A stretch of 64,000 nt of DNA from Candidatus Woesearchaeota archaeon (GCA_016181305.1 JACOZN010000002.1:11619-75618), one strand, 5' to 3'. Positions 39,781 to 50,042 are shown, numbered from the stretch's first letter. Notes: a model not told the origin generated them from the letters alone. Translations and numbers: made by a program.

Positions 39781-40422
39781 ATGCAAAATCAAAGAATAGC
39801 CGGCAAATCAATAAAGAATTTAGCTTTAGTTGGATTGTTAGCAAGCATATTGGCTGCATGCGGGGAAACAAAAACCCAGCATGCACAAAACCCCAGCCCT
39901 GCTAAAGCAGCCAGCGCGCAATCTCCAGATCCATACGAGGATAAACTAAGGCAATTGGTTGACAGTTACAATAATGGAAGCATTGACGAAAAATCAAGAA
40001 TAATCAATGAACTTTATCAAGGAAAAGCAGTTCTAACCCCATTTGGATATACTTACCCATGGAAAGGCAATAAAAATTATGGGAATGTCAGGGTTGGGAT
40101 AGAGGGAAGAATCGATGTTTATTATGAAGAAGGGCGCGTAACAAAATCTTCATTTGAGCTGGATAACGAACCTATCCATGTGGGGGTTAATCGTGATGGC
40201 AATGTCTCGCCTTATATTGTTAGCGGTAAAGTACTAAAAGTTCCGCAAGGACACTCTGTTTTGCATATTGCAAGAAGTGGAGCACCATGGAATCCGGAGT
40301 ATACTGGAGAAATGCTTTGGGCCCTACGCCGATTTGGAAAAGAAAATCCTGAACTTGGCATAAGTACTCAGGGAATAAGCGGTGTCAGGAATGGTTTAAA
40401 GGTATTTGGCTATAAACCTTGA
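39781..40422 (+). CDS. Putative lipoprotein, hypothetical
   Basis: Lipobox-like LAAC after a hydrophobic signal. Confidence 0.6.
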   Translation: MQNQRIAGKSIKNLALVGLLASILAACGETKTQHAQNPSPAKAASAQSPDPYEDKLRQLVDSYNNGSIDEKSRIINELYQGKAVLTPFGYTYPWKGNKNYGNVRVGIEGRIDVYYEEGRVTKSSFELDNEPIHVGVNRDGNVSPYIVSGKVLKVPQGHSVLHIARSGAPWNPEYTGEMLWALRRFGKENPELGISTQGISGVRNGLKVFGYKP

Positions 40423-40497
40423 TATTTTGTTGTTAAAATATTTATACTAAATCTTTCAGCAACCTTTTTAAACAATTGTCCTTATTTATTGTCTTAT

Positions 40498-40615
40498 GCG
40501 GAGGTGCCGGAGTGGCCAAACGGGATAGAGGCGACAATGACTCTTTCATTGCACCCATCCAAGCTTAGGACCTATTGGCTTAGTGCCTACGCAGGTTCGA
40601 ATCCTGTCCTCCGCA
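40498..40615 (+). tRNA. tRNA-Leu(TAG) with 34-nt intron at 30/31 (40529..40562)
   Basis: Cloverleaf with long variable arm; BHB central helix GGAT/ATCC and 3-nt bulges. Confidence 0.92.
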
Positions 40616-40648
40616 TAATTTAAATATAAGTTTTTATTACCCATCTTT

Positions 40649-40876
40649 ATGTCAAGGAAAAAAGACAAGCCAAAAAAGATAAGCGCCAAAAAGGAGCGCT
40701 ATGCCAAGTTCAGGAAGGAAAAGCCTTCTTCAATGACATTTGCAATGCCCGACTTGTCGGAAGAGCAGGTTGCAGAAAGAAGGCAGGACGAGCAGCGCAT
40801 CAGCATGTTCTGGCGCAGCTACAGAAGGCCCCCTCAAAGGTTTGTAAGCGAAAGAAAGGCAAAAAGCAAAAGATAG
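40649..40876 (+). CDS. Small basic hypothetical protein
   Basis: 75-aa K/R-rich ORF after a TATA-like motif. Confidence 0.5.
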   Translation: MSRKKDKPKKISAKKERYAKFRKEKPSSMTFAMPDLSEEQVAERRQDEQRISMFWRSYRRPPQRFVSERKAKSKR

Positions 40877-40891
40877 ATTTTATTTATAATA

Positions 40892-41644
40892 ATGAAGAAT
40901 AAAATCCTTTTTACAATTTTGCTGGTTTTTCTAACCTCCTGTTCTTTTGTTCTCGGCAACAATTCAGAAACTGGTGTTCTTTTAACGCATGGATTTGAAG
41001 CTTCCCCTCATGAGCTGAGGGAACTTGCCCAATACCTCGCAGCAAGGAACATGACAGTCCATGTTGTCAGATTGGAAGGGCATGGAACAGACATAAGGGA
41101 GCTTGACAAAACAAAATGGCAGAATTGGTACAATGACTATGAAAAAGGCTATAACGAGCTTTCAAAAAAAACGAAAAAAGTTTTTGTGGGAGGGCATTCT
41201 CTTGGAGGGGCTCTTGCCTTGCGCCTTGCAGAGCAAAAAGACACTGCCGGTGTTATTTCGCTTGCCTCCCCTGTTGGCCTGAAAGACAAAAGAGCGGAAT
41301 ACGCATGGCTGATTAAGTATTTCAGGAAATATGAAGCAAGAAACTTAAGCGGCGAGGAAAAACTTTACAATTATGACAGGTATTCCGCAGCTGCTGTCGG
41401 GCAGCTTGTTGATTTTATCGAGGTGTACAGGGAGGATTTGCCGAAGATAACAGAGCCGATTCTGATAATCCAGCTGAGCAACGACACAAAGATATGCCCA
41501 AACAGCGCAGATTATATTCATAAGAGTGTCAAGTCAAGGGATAAAAGCATGGTTGTTATCTCTTCCGCAGGGCATAGCTTATTGGAAGAGCCTTATAAAA
41601 AAAGGGTTTATGAAGAGGTTTATAACTTTGTAAAGAAAGCATAA
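40892..41644 (+). CDS. Secreted/lipoprotein alpha/beta hydrolase (carboxylesterase-like)
   Basis: LLTHGF, GHSLGG nucleophile elbow, C-terminal GH; LTSC lipobox-like. Confidence 0.88.
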   Translation: MKNKILFTILLVFLTSCSFVLGNNSETGVLLTHGFEASPHELRELAQYLAARNMTVHVVRLEGHGTDIRELDKTKWQNWYNDYEKGYNELSKKTKKVFVGGHSLGGALALRLAEQKDTAGVISLASPVGLKDKRAEYAWLIKYFRKYEARNLSGEEKLYNYDRYSAAAVGQLVDFIEVYREDLPKITEPILIIQLSNDTKICPNSADYIHKSVKSRDKSMVVISSAGHSLLEEPYKKRVYEEVYNFVKKA

Positions 41645-41732
41645 AATATTAATGAAATTAATACCCCAGTATAGCATTTTGTATACGACAAATCAAAAGC
41701 TTTTTATACCGAATTAACCAGAAAATTCATAC

Positions 41733-41903
41733 GTGGGGGTGGACATATTGCCTATTTTTTCTGACAATGAGAAGCAGGACTTTATTATAGTAGATGGCAA
41801 TATCTACACCCACAAGCAGATTGAAACCAGAAACGGCATAGTATTCATGCGGATGAAAAAGAGGCTTCTTTCAAACTTAAATGAGAGACAAAAAACTTTT
41901 TAG
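41733..41903 (+). CDS. Possible small hypothetical protein (56 aa, GTG start)
   Basis: Open frame GVDILPIFSDNEKQDFIIVDGNIYTHKQIETRNGIVFMRMKKR after a tttttata box. Confidence 0.3.
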   Translation: MGVDILPIFSDNEKQDFIIVDGNIYTHKQIETRNGIVFMRMKKRLLSNLNERQKTF

Positions 41904-42120
41904 GCTTTTGATAATCGCTTTGATTGTATTCCTTGTCCTTAATATTGTTTTTCTGTCCTTGAAGATAATCAGCGAGTTTTTCTTCTGGATAGTTATAATT
42001 GTGATTGGTATTTTTGCGTATAAGTATCTGCCGAAGATGAGGAAGTAATGTGCTGTGTTCTTCCAATAGCCAAAAACCGAAAGGCTTATAAAGTAATTGT
42101 CTCATGGATAGTATACTTAT

Positions 42121-42714
42121 ATGGAAGAAGCAGCCACTAAACTTGAAATTCCTTCTAATGAAAGCTGGCTGCAGCAAAATCTTTACCAGTATTTTGAACT
42201 TATTGTTGAAGGAAGCCGAGCAAAAAAGTATATCTTAAAGCCAAATAACGGGCTTGGAGTTATTTCTGTTATACAGACTCCAAATACAATAGAAATTATT
42301 GATAAAGCATGGGTCTTGGAAGGAATTCCAGTTCCTGAAAGGGCAAAAGAGCTGATATATGAGCCCGTATTCAGATACGACAGAGGAATAGCTATTGACG
42401 ACATGAGATATTTGGGAAGTATGGCAGCGTTGATAGGAAATTTTGTATTTGTCCGCTTGGACGATTACATAAGAAATGCCATGAAAGGCATAGTTAGAGA
42501 GACAAGCATCGAAGACAACTTGAATCGCGGACGCCTTGAACTGATTGTATTTGAATCTGGGGCAGCGAAGTTTGTTAGAGAAAAAGTACCTGTTAAGGAA
42601 CTTCTTAGTGAAAGTGTGTTTATAGGACCAACTAACAAGTATGCCCCTTCTCAAAAAATAAGGGAAAAATACAAAAAACCAGCAATACCTACCCCAGCTC
42701 AATTAGCAGCTTAA
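42121..42714 (-). CDS. Hypothetical protein
   Basis: 197-aa ORF. Confidence 0.5.
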
Positions 42715-43046
42715 TCTAATCTATTAGAAAAATTAGGGGCTTCGCTGCTGCCCAGCCAGCCGAAGCTGTCAGCCATAGTAATTTAACACTTTTCTTTAGA
42801 CCACTTACGCAAGCAGAGGCTTAAATATTGCCAATCTTGACGTTTAGCCAAAGTTTCTGAAAGTTGACTTGCGCTCCCTTTCACAAAGGATTTGGCATTA
42901 ATCAGTTTTGGCAATGCAGTGTTAGGTACTTTTAACTGCAAATGGGTTTTACAGCTACGCACCCCCAAAAACATAGGGGTTTGATTATATATTTATGGAT
43001 TGCCTATATAAAGCTTATAGAACTTATAAAAAATAAAAATAAAGGC

Positions 43047-43196
43047 TTATTTAGCCTTTCCCAGAATCCTGAACACTTTTGTGCCGCATGCGCCGCAAAC
43101 TCCCTTCATTGCCTTCATGCCGTTCTTCATTGTGACTTCCTTGCCATCCTTAATCTCGACTTCTTTCCTGCACTTCATGCATCTTCCCCTTGCCAT
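43047..43196 (-). CDS. Small zinc-ribbon protein (DUF5679-like, 49 aa, not in the ORF track)
   Basis: MARGRCMKCRKEVEIKDGKEVTMKNGMKAMKGVCGACGTKVFRILGK, two CxxC pairs. Confidence 0.85.
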   Translation of the reverse strand: MARGRCMKCRKEVEIKDGKEVTMKNGMKAMKGVCGACGTKVFRILGKAK

Positions 43197-43232
43197 TAAA
43201 TTCACCTCAAAGTTTTAAATTAATCTAGGATA

Positions 43233-43325
43233 CCGAAAATCAAGACGTCGAGAATCTTTGATTCTCGGGTTGTCCGAGACAAAAGTCTCGGCAATTTTCG
43301 GATACGTTCGGAAATATAATTTCCG
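43233..43325. repeat. Multi-hairpin palindromic element in the leader of the zinc-ribbon gene
   Basis: Outer stem ccgaaaat/attttcgg enclosing cgagaatc-ttt-gattctcg and ccgagac-aaaa-gtctcgg; then cggaaat-ata-atttccg. Confidence 0.85.
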
Positions 43326-43426
43326 CCCGTTTTTAAACCTATGAACAGGCTGTATCTTAAGTTATATATAAATATTTGGGTTTTTCATGAGTAAATTACG
43401 AGTGAATTGCTACTTGAGGGTTAAAA

Positions 43427-44092
43427 TCACTCCACAATCTCCAGCAATTCCTTGATGTCATCTATCTCGTAATCCGCCTTTGCGCCCTTGCCTTTTGGAT
43501 TGCCGTACTTGGCAAAGCATGTAAGCATTCCAAGCTTCTTAGCGCCTTTGATGTCCCTTTCAGGCCTGTCGCCAACTACAAGGCACTCGCCTGGCTTGAA
43601 TTTCAGCTTTTTTAAAGCCACTTCAAAAGGCTTTATGCTCGGCTTGAACTCCTTTGTATCGTCAAAAGTCACAACAACATCAAACAAATGGTTGATTTTC
43701 ATTGAAACCAGCCTTATCCATGCTTTCAAGCGGGGAGCATCTGAAACTATCGCAAGCTTTATCCCTCTTCTCTTTAACTCAAACAAAACCTCTCCGACAT
43801 GAGGATACGGCTCGAGAAAGCCTGTCCTTACTCTCCTGTAAGCCACAATGCCGCTTGCCAGTATTTCGTAATCAACTTTTTTTGTTATTTTTTTCAGGAA
43901 TTTCTGGAATATTGTCTTTTCCTCCAAGCCGTACTTGTCATAAAGGGAAAAAAGCTCCTTGACTGCCTTTTCTTTCTTGACATTAAGTCCAGCATCAATC
44001 ATTGAGTAAATTGCGGCATCGCAGCTCAGCTTCTTCATAGTCATAAAGTCTATCAAGGTGTTGTCCAAGTCAAATATGACTGATTTAATCAT
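43427..44092 (-). CDS. HAD-superfamily hydrolase
   Basis: FDLDNTL, IVSD, KPS, VGDRPERDI. Confidence 0.93.
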   Translation of the reverse strand: MIKSVIFDLDNTLIDFMTMKKLSCDAAIYSMIDAGLNVKKEKAVKELFSLYDKYGLEEKTIFQKFLKKITKKVDYEILASGIVAYRRVRTGFLEPYPHVGEVLFELKRRGIKLAIVSDAPRLKAWIRLVSMKINHLFDVVVTFDDTKEFKPSIKPFEVALKKLKFKPGECLVVGDRPERDIKGAKKLGMLTCFAKYGNPKGKGAKADYEIDDIKELLEIVE

Positions 44093-44161
44093 AAGAAAAG
44101 AGAAGTAAAGTGGTTATTTAAAGGTTTGTTGGATTTTTGAACATTGGATTCACTGTAAAAA

Positions 44162-44614
44162 TTACATAGAATAAGAGGATGCTTCTTGTCGAGTTCTTGC
44201 TGAAAAAGCCTTAGCATTAGGCAGCATTATTGCTTTTAACTCCGGTATTCCATGGTCATATCTATGATCTACTATCCTACTAAGGCTTGTTGCAAATTTA
44301 GATACTGTACTTCCCTCAAAATCTTTAAGAAGATATTCAATAGTGCCATTTTCCACATATAAAATTTGTTCATTTGGGCTAAGGTGCCCAAATCTGCCAA
44401 CTACTTTTATGTCATCTCCATGTAACTTTATCCCTATAGCAACAAAACCTTTTTCATCTTCTATTAAGCGCAACATTATTTTATCAACACTCCCATAATT
44501 CCAGAAACTTGCCGGATTCCTTTGATTTTCCTCATCATACAATCTTTTTAATATCCTAGCCTCTTCCAAAAATGTTTTAAGTTCATCCCTATTAATCACA
44601 TTATCTTTTCCCAT
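44162..44614 (-). CDS. Hypothetical protein
   Basis: 150-aa ORF. Confidence 0.5.
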   Translation of the reverse strand: MGKDNVINRDELKTFLEEARILKRLYDEENQRNPASFWNYGSVDKIMLRLIEDEKGFVAIGIKLHGDDIKVVGRFGHLSPNEQILYVENGTIEYLLKDFEGSTVSKFATSLSRIVDHRYDHGIPELKAIMLPNAKAFSARTRQEASSYSM

Positions 44615-44662
44615 GAATTAAATCACCCAACCAAACTTATAGGCACTTATTTTTAAATCTTT

Positions 44663-45511
44663 TTATTTCACATTACCCTCGAAAAACTCCAAAACCCTTT
44701 CCTCATACTTTTCAGGATTTATCGAATGCGTCATTCCATGCTCTGCGTTTTCAACAATCCAAAGCTCTGCCTTTTTGTTTGCATCATGCAGCAAATAAGC
44801 CTCTTTGACTGGAATCTGCGAGTCTTTTTCTGCATGTATCAGCAAAATCGGGATTTCCGGGTTTTTTATGCTGTCAGCAGGGCTTGCATCATCAATATTT
44901 ATCCTCAAAAACAAAATCCCGTATAATTTTGTCAAATAAGCCAATGGGTATTTGAAAATAAAAAATATCCTGTACATGTGCTCAACAATATTGCTTAGTT
45001 TTGCATATGCGCTGTCAGTCACTATTGCCTTTACATTTTCATGGTTAACCATCAATGCAACCGCCCCTCCAAGGGAAAATCCATAAAGCCCGATTTTTGT
45101 AATGTTTTTTTCTTCCTCCAGATATTCTATTGCTCCAAGCAAGTCATTTTTCTCAAGATAGCCTGCTGTTGTAATGCTGCCTTCGCTTTTGCCAAAGCTC
45201 CTGAAGTCAAACAAAAAGACATTGAAGTCTTTTGCAAGAAATTCCGCAATCCCGAGCAGATTTGCCTTGTCGGCAGGGTAGCCGTGCATTACAATGACTG
45301 TTTTCTTGGTTTTATTGTTTGGGATAAGCCATCCGCTTAATTTGATTCCATCAGTGCTTTTGAAAGTAATTTCTTCGTATTTTAATCCTAAATCAGAAGG
45401 CTCAAGGTTGGTTATTATTTTTGGCGGATGGATTGACATGAAAAACGTTAATAATGAAAATAATATGAGAAACAATAAAATAAACAGCGCAATTTTAATT
45501 GCAAGTTGCAT
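44663..45511 (-). CDS. Membrane-anchored alpha/beta hydrolase
   Basis: VMHGY, FDFRSFGKSEG, GFSLGG, LIHAEKD, HG. Confidence 0.9.
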   Translation of the reverse strand: MQLAIKIALFILLFLILFSLLTFFMSIHPPKIITNLEPSDLGLKYEEITFKSTDGIKLSGWLIPNNKTKKTVIVMHGYPADKANLLGIAEFLAKDFNVFLFDFRSFGKSEGSITTAGYLEKNDLLGAIEYLEEEKNITKIGLYGFSLGGAVALMVNHENVKAIVTDSAYAKLSNIVEHMYRIFFIFKYPLAYLTKLYGILFLRINIDDASPADSIKNPEIPILLIHAEKDSQIPVKEAYLLHDANKKAELWIVENAEHGMTHSINPEKYEERVLEFFEGNVK

Positions 45512-45597
45512 ATTATTCCAGTATTCTGGCTATATAAAAATATTACGAATGGATTTAAGCACAACCTTTAAAAATCGACTTCTCTACCTAAAAACTG

Positions 45598-46668
45598 ATG
45601 GAAACTCTTGAATCTATAAAGTGGCTCAAAGAGCGCAGCCTTTACGATTTGTCATCAAAAGTTGCCCTTTCGCTGAAAAAAATATTCACCCCATGCCTTG
45701 CAGTAAAGGACGAGAAAGTGCTGATAGTTGGAGATATAGGCTATGAAAACAGGAATGTTGCGGCAGTCCTCTCAGGCGCTTACTATCTTGCAGCAGAGCA
45801 GCTCAAATTAGACGCAAAGCTGATTTTGCAGGATGTAAAGTCAAGGGGCGACGCCTCGGACGAGAACGTTGTAAAAAATTTGGCGGAGCTTAAGCAAGGC
45901 AACATAATAATCCTGAACATGTCCGACAAGCTCGGTAACATACAGCAGCTTGGCAAGAGCTTCAGGAGATGGGTGGCAAAAAAAAGCCATAGGTTTATCT
46001 CGGCAATGTCGCTTGGAGACTTGGCAACCAGCAACATAGACCTGATACTGAAGGCAATTGACGTCAACTACAAGCCCCTGCAAACCCAGCACGAGGAGCT
46101 GAGGCAAAGGCTGGAAAAGGCAAAGGAAGTTCATATTACAACTCCTGCAGGCACTGACTTGTATTACAACAAAAGCGGGATAAAGGCGATTGCGGCTGAT
46201 GGCAATTACACAATGCCCGGCACAGGAGGCAATCTGCCTGCAGGCGAGATTTACTCTCCTCCAAACGGCAAAAAAATAGAAGGAAAAGCTGTCATTGACG
46301 GCTCTTCAAGAACGCATGAGCACACCATACTCATAAGAAAGCCGATTGAATTAACCATTAAAGACGGCGAAATAGCGGAAATCAGGGGGCATGACGAGGC
46401 AAAGCAGCTTGAAAACACTCTGAAATGGGCTGCATCTGTTGCAAAAAACCCAGGCAATGTAAGGAGAATTTGCGAGCTTGGAATTGGCTTAAATCCAAAG
46501 GCAAGCATCATAGGCGCAATGATTGTTGACGACAAGACTTTAGGAACAGCCCACATAGGAATTGGCTCAAACTACTGGTTTGGCGGCAATATTTATGCTA
46601 TAATACATTTAGACCAAGTGTTCAAGAACCCGACAATTTATCTCGATGGAGAACTACTGAAGATATAG
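45598..46668 (+). CDS. Aminopeptidase, thermophilic metalloprotease (M29) family
   Basis: NLPAGEIY, ELGIGLNP, DDKTLGTAHIGIG, HLD. Confidence 0.88.
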   Translation: METLESIKWLKERSLYDLSSKVALSLKKIFTPCLAVKDEKVLIVGDIGYENRNVAAVLSGAYYLAAEQLKLDAKLILQDVKSRGDASDENVVKNLAELKQGNIIILNMSDKLGNIQQLGKSFRRWVAKKSHRFISAMSLGDLATSNIDLILKAIDVNYKPLQTQHEELRQRLEKAKEVHITTPAGTDLYYNKSGIKAIAADGNYTMPGTGGNLPAGEIYSPPNGKKIEGKAVIDGSSRTHEHTILIRKPIELTIKDGEIAEIRGHDEAKQLENTLKWAASVAKNPGNVRRICELGIGLNPKASIIGAMIVDDKTLGTAHIGIGSNYWFGGNIYAIIHLDQVFKNPTIYLDGELLKI

Positions 46669-46702
46669 AGAACTTTGAATAATTCATTATTTTTCCAATT
46701 CA

Positions 46703-46885
46703 CTTGAAAATCTTTATTTTCAAGCTAAGCAATTCCTTGGAATTGCGAGGTGTTCGAAAATGCAAAGCATTTTCGACATTCCCAAAAATTGCATAGAAAT
46801 TTTTTAGGACATTCAAAGTTCTCTTAGAGAATACTCCAAAATTTTTGATTTTGGAGTTCCCAAAAATGCATTAGGCATTTTTTAG
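46703..46885. repeat. Tandem array of 6-7 short hairpins
   Basis: cttgaaaat/attttcaag, gcaattc/gaattgc, tcgaaaatgc-aaa-gcattttcga, actccaaaat/attttggagt, aaaaatgc/gcattttt. Confidence 0.9.
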
Positions 46886-47173
46886 GATTTGATAATATTT
46901 CAAAATTCTCTATAGCTACTCTTCCTCTTCCAAATCCTGCATCCATTTTGGCAGCTCTACATCAGGGTATTTCTTGTCAGAACCCTCAAAATAAGCTCCT
47001 TTTTCCTTCAGCCTCTCCATAACCCAGGTATAGCTTGCGAAATATTTAAAGATTGTTTAGTAAGCCTTAGTGACTACATCAGAAATTTTCACTACACTGC
47101 CTAAACAAAAGAAAAGTATTAAAAGAAAGGGTAAAAACAAGGAATATGCCAAATAGCAGATATTAATCAAAAA

Positions 47174-47518
47174 ATGCCGTACAAACAGGCGATATTGGTA
47201 AGGGAAGACCTGAAGCTGCCTAAGGGAAAACTGGCTGCTCAGTCAAGCCACGCTTCTGTAGATGCAACTTTGAAGTCAGACAAAAAGGTTGTTGATGCTT
47301 GGAAAATGGGCGGCGGCAAAAAGGTTGTTTTGAAAGTCAATGACGAAAGGGAATTATTGAAATACAAGCAGACTGCTGAAGATTACGGGCTGAGAACAGC
47401 CTTGATAACAGATGCAGGGCATACTGTTTTAGAGCCCGGAACTATAACCTGCTTGGGGATAGGCCCTGACTTGGAAGAGAAGATTGACAAGGTTACAGGA
47501 AAGCTCAGGATGATGTAG
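47174..47518 (+). CDS. pth2: Peptidyl-tRNA hydrolase, archaeal type
   Basis: KQAILVREDLKLPKGKLAAQ..HA, KKVVLK, DAGHT..EPGT.TCLGIGP. Confidence 0.96.
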   Translation: MPYKQAILVREDLKLPKGKLAAQSSHASVDATLKSDKKVVDAWKMGGGKKVVLKVNDERELLKYKQTAEDYGLRTALITDAGHTVLEPGTITCLGIGPDLEEKIDKVTGKLRMM

Positions 47519-47557
47519 GTTAATTTTAAATAGTCTCTATTTTTTCTTTGCCCTAGT

Positions 47558-47697
47558 GGGCCCATAGCTCAGCCTGGTAGCCGCCAATTATCAGATTGGC
47601 TTGCTGGGCAATTAGAGCGACGGTCTTATATGGCTTTGCTCTAAGCACAAAAGACTAAGTGAGCCGTAGGTCGAGGGTTCAAAGCCCTTTGGGCCCA
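47558..47697 (+). tRNA. tRNA-Ile(TAT) with two introns (19/20: 47578..47611; 37/38: 47631..47661)
   Basis: Anticodon loop CT-TAT-A|A; both introns form BHB motifs (GCCT/GGGC and CTTA/TAAG). Confidence 0.9.
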
Positions 47698-47702
47698 TTA
47701 CT

Positions 47703-47849
47703 GCTCCCGTGGTGTAGTCCGGATTAAGGAAGTCCACATATGTGGTTGTTCTTTAAGGATAACCAAGCATTTCGGATTTTCGATCCGAAGACCTGGGTTC
47801 AAATTGCAGAACGCGAGCATGCGGCTGCATGTAAGTCCCGGCGGGAGCA
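47703..47849 (+). tRNA. tRNA-Glu(TTC) with two introns (19/20: 47723..47762; 59/60: 47804..47835)
   Basis: Cloverleaf after intron removal; BHB helices GTCC/GGAT and TTCA/TGTA. Confidence 0.9.
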
Positions 47850-47938
47850 TTAAATTTTACTTCTATTAAGTAATTACATATTGAGGATAGGAAGATTTAT
47901 AAACACTAATCCTCATAAAATTAAAAGATAGTAGGAAA

Positions 47939-48751
47939 ATGCCAAAAAAAGAGGCTAAGGCAGAAGAAAGCAAAGAAAGTCATAAGCATAACTGGTTACA
48001 TTTTCTGGTTGTTTTGATTATTGCTATAGTGATATTACTAATTTTTACAAATGGTTTTTCTTTAGGAACAGCAAGTGCAGTGCGTAGTGGCGGAGGAACA
48101 AAAAAATCCAGCTTGCCTGATTTGATAACCTCAGGAGCAACTTTGCAAAATGTACAAAAAAAATTAATAGAAGATAAATTATTTTTTCATATACAAGAAG
48201 GTATGGGTGTTGCAAATATGGGCGGTGCAAGATCAAAAGCATCCGTTCTTCGTGCTGGTATAATAGGTGATTCGCTACAAAATGTTAGAGCAACAGTGTC
48301 TTATTTAGATTCGACTGGAAAACTTGTTACAAGTGCTACAACGCAATACCTCACCTTAACTAATAACGGTGCATATATTGACATTCCTGTGGATCCTTTA
48401 ATGCCATATGATAAATATAAATGGGGCGACAATTTTGCTGTCCTTTTCTTAGATGTTCCTATAAACATGCCTCCTCCTGATGGGGCAGTTACTGAAACAA
48501 GATTCACCCTTTTCGGTGACGCCGATGTAACTAAAGTTGTGACTGAATCAAGTGAAATTAATAACTATATAGAACAAGGTTATATTTTCCGCTGTGCTTT
48601 TCAGGGTGATGACCTTTCTGTTTATCCTTATGCCCCTACTTGTTGCTTGCACAGAGTTGATCCTTCATCACCTAGGTATATTATATATGGAACATATTAC
48701 TGCGAAGATTTTCCCCCTTATAATCCTTTATATGTACCTGCTTCAGGATGA
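47939..48751 (+). CDS. Membrane-anchored hypothetical protein (CARDB-like segment)
   Basis: N-terminal TM, LPDLIT motif, beta-rich. Confidence 0.55.
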   Translation: MPKKEAKAEESKESHKHNWLHFLVVLIIAIVILLIFTNGFSLGTASAVRSGGGTKKSSLPDLITSGATLQNVQKKLIEDKLFFHIQEGMGVANMGGARSKASVLRAGIIGDSLQNVRATVSYLDSTGKLVTSATTQYLTLTNNGAYIDIPVDPLMPYDKYKWGDNFAVLFLDVPINMPPPDGAVTETRFTLFGDADVTKVVTESSEINNYIEQGYIFRCAFQGDDLSVYPYAPTCCLHRVDPSSPRYIIYGTYYCEDFPPYNPLYVPASG

Positions 48752-48987
48752 TTGATTATACTAAGATTATACTAAACTACACTCTCGTTGCATCCCGCAG
48801 TTTATTAAATACAACAATCAATTCATCAAATAAACCGTAATGTCGATATTTATTCTCAGCACAAAATATTTTATCCCAAAAAAGTATCAAAATAGTACTA
48901 TACTCGGCGGGAGCATTTTTATTTCTGGCTCAATTCGGGAATAAATATGGAAAACCTATAAATACCAAATCGACATCTTAATTTAAT

Positions 48988-49467
48988 ATGAAAACCGAAA
49001 AAGCTACTTTTGCAGCAGGATGCTTCTGGCAGGTTGAAGAGGCATTCAGCAAAGTCAACGGAGTTGTAAGCACAATGGCTGGCTACACAGGCGGCAATGT
49101 TAAAAATCCAACCTATGAGAAAGTGTGCACTGATGCAACAGGGCATGCAGAGGCAGTCCATGTTGAATTCAACCCAGGCAAAGTTTCTTATGAAGAGCTT
49201 TTGGATGTGTTCTGGGGCATTCACGACCCCACACAATTAAACAGGCAAGGGCCTGATGTTGGCACTGAATACCGCTCGGCAATATTCTACCACAATGAAA
49301 AGCAAAAGAAGGCTGCAATTGCCTCAAAAGAAAAGCTTGAAAAATCAGGCAAGTTTAAAAATCCGATTGTTACAGCGATAGTTCCAATATCAGAATTCTA
49401 CAAGGCAGAGGAATACCATCAGAAGTATCTGGAGAAGAGAAAATCAAGGATTTTTAATTTGTTTTGA
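48988..49467 (+). CDS. msrA: Peptide methionine sulfoxide reductase MsrA
   Basis: [36 protein letters not shown]. Confidence 0.97.
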   Translation: MKTEKATFAAGCFWQVEEAFSKVNGVVSTMAGYTGGNVKNPTYEKVCTDATGHAEAVHVEFNPGKVSYEELLDVFWGIHDPTQLNRQGPDVGTEYRSAIFYHNEKQKKAAIASKEKLEKSGKFKNPIVTAIVPISEFYKAEEYHQKYLEKRKSRIFNLF

Positions 49468-49473
49468 TTCAAA

Positions 49474-49782
49474 ATGCAGAAATCATTCAATCAAAAAATA
49501 TGGAACTTAACTACAAAGATACCAAAAGGCAAAGTCACTACCTATAAGATTCTTGCAGAAGCGCTTGGCACAAAAGCCTACAGGGCAGTCGGGCATGCAA
49601 TGGCAAAAAATCCCTATGCTCCAAAAGTGCCGTGTCATCGTGTCGTTAATTCCAATGGAGAAGTCGGCAATTACTCGGGCAAAGGCGGAAAAAAAGGAAA
49701 GATAAGAATGCTGGAAAAGGAAGGGATTAAAATTAAAAATAATAGAATTGTTGATTTTGAGAAATATCTACTTAATGTGTAG
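49474..49782 (+). CDS. Methylated-DNA-protein-cysteine methyltransferase (MGMT family)
   Basis: IPKGKVTTY, RAVG, PCHRVV active site. Confidence 0.92.
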   Translation: MQKSFNQKIWNLTTKIPKGKVTTYKILAEALGTKAYRAVGHAMAKNPYAPKVPCHRVVNSNGEVGNYSGKGGKKGKIRMLEKEGIKIKNNRIVDFEKYLLNV

Positions 49783-50026
49783 TAACAAGCTGTTCATATT
49801 GGGGTTTAATTAATTCATCATATAGCCTTGCCATTTCATCTTTTCTTTCCGTAACGCGCTTGAGACTATAATATCTAATAGGAAATCTTTCATTAACTTT
49901 AGGTGATATGACATCTTCAAATATATCAAGAACCTCCATTGCTTCCCTAGTGTAACCCAGTTTTCTAAGTTTTAGATTCAATTGAAGTAATTTATCAGAA
50001 GCACCTAAACATTGAGTTTCTATCAT
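49772..50026 (-). CDS. Small hypothetical protein
   Basis: 84-aa ORF downstream of tfb. Confidence 0.4.
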   Translation of the reverse strand: MIETQCLGASDKLLQLNLKLRKLGYTREAMEVLDIFEDVISPKVNERFPIRYYSLKRVTERKDEMARLYDELIKPQYEQLVTTH

Positions 50027-50042
50027 TTTAAAAAACCTAAAA

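Noticed and set aside
41845-42177. 110-aa minus-strand ORF in the track
   Set aside because: Starts inside the upstream gene, has non-protein-like composition, and conflicts with a small plus-strand ORF.
42760-42975. SRP (7S) RNA
   Set aside because: A UGUAA-like and a GNRA hairpin exist, but helix 8 geometry and long-range helix 5 pairing were not evident.
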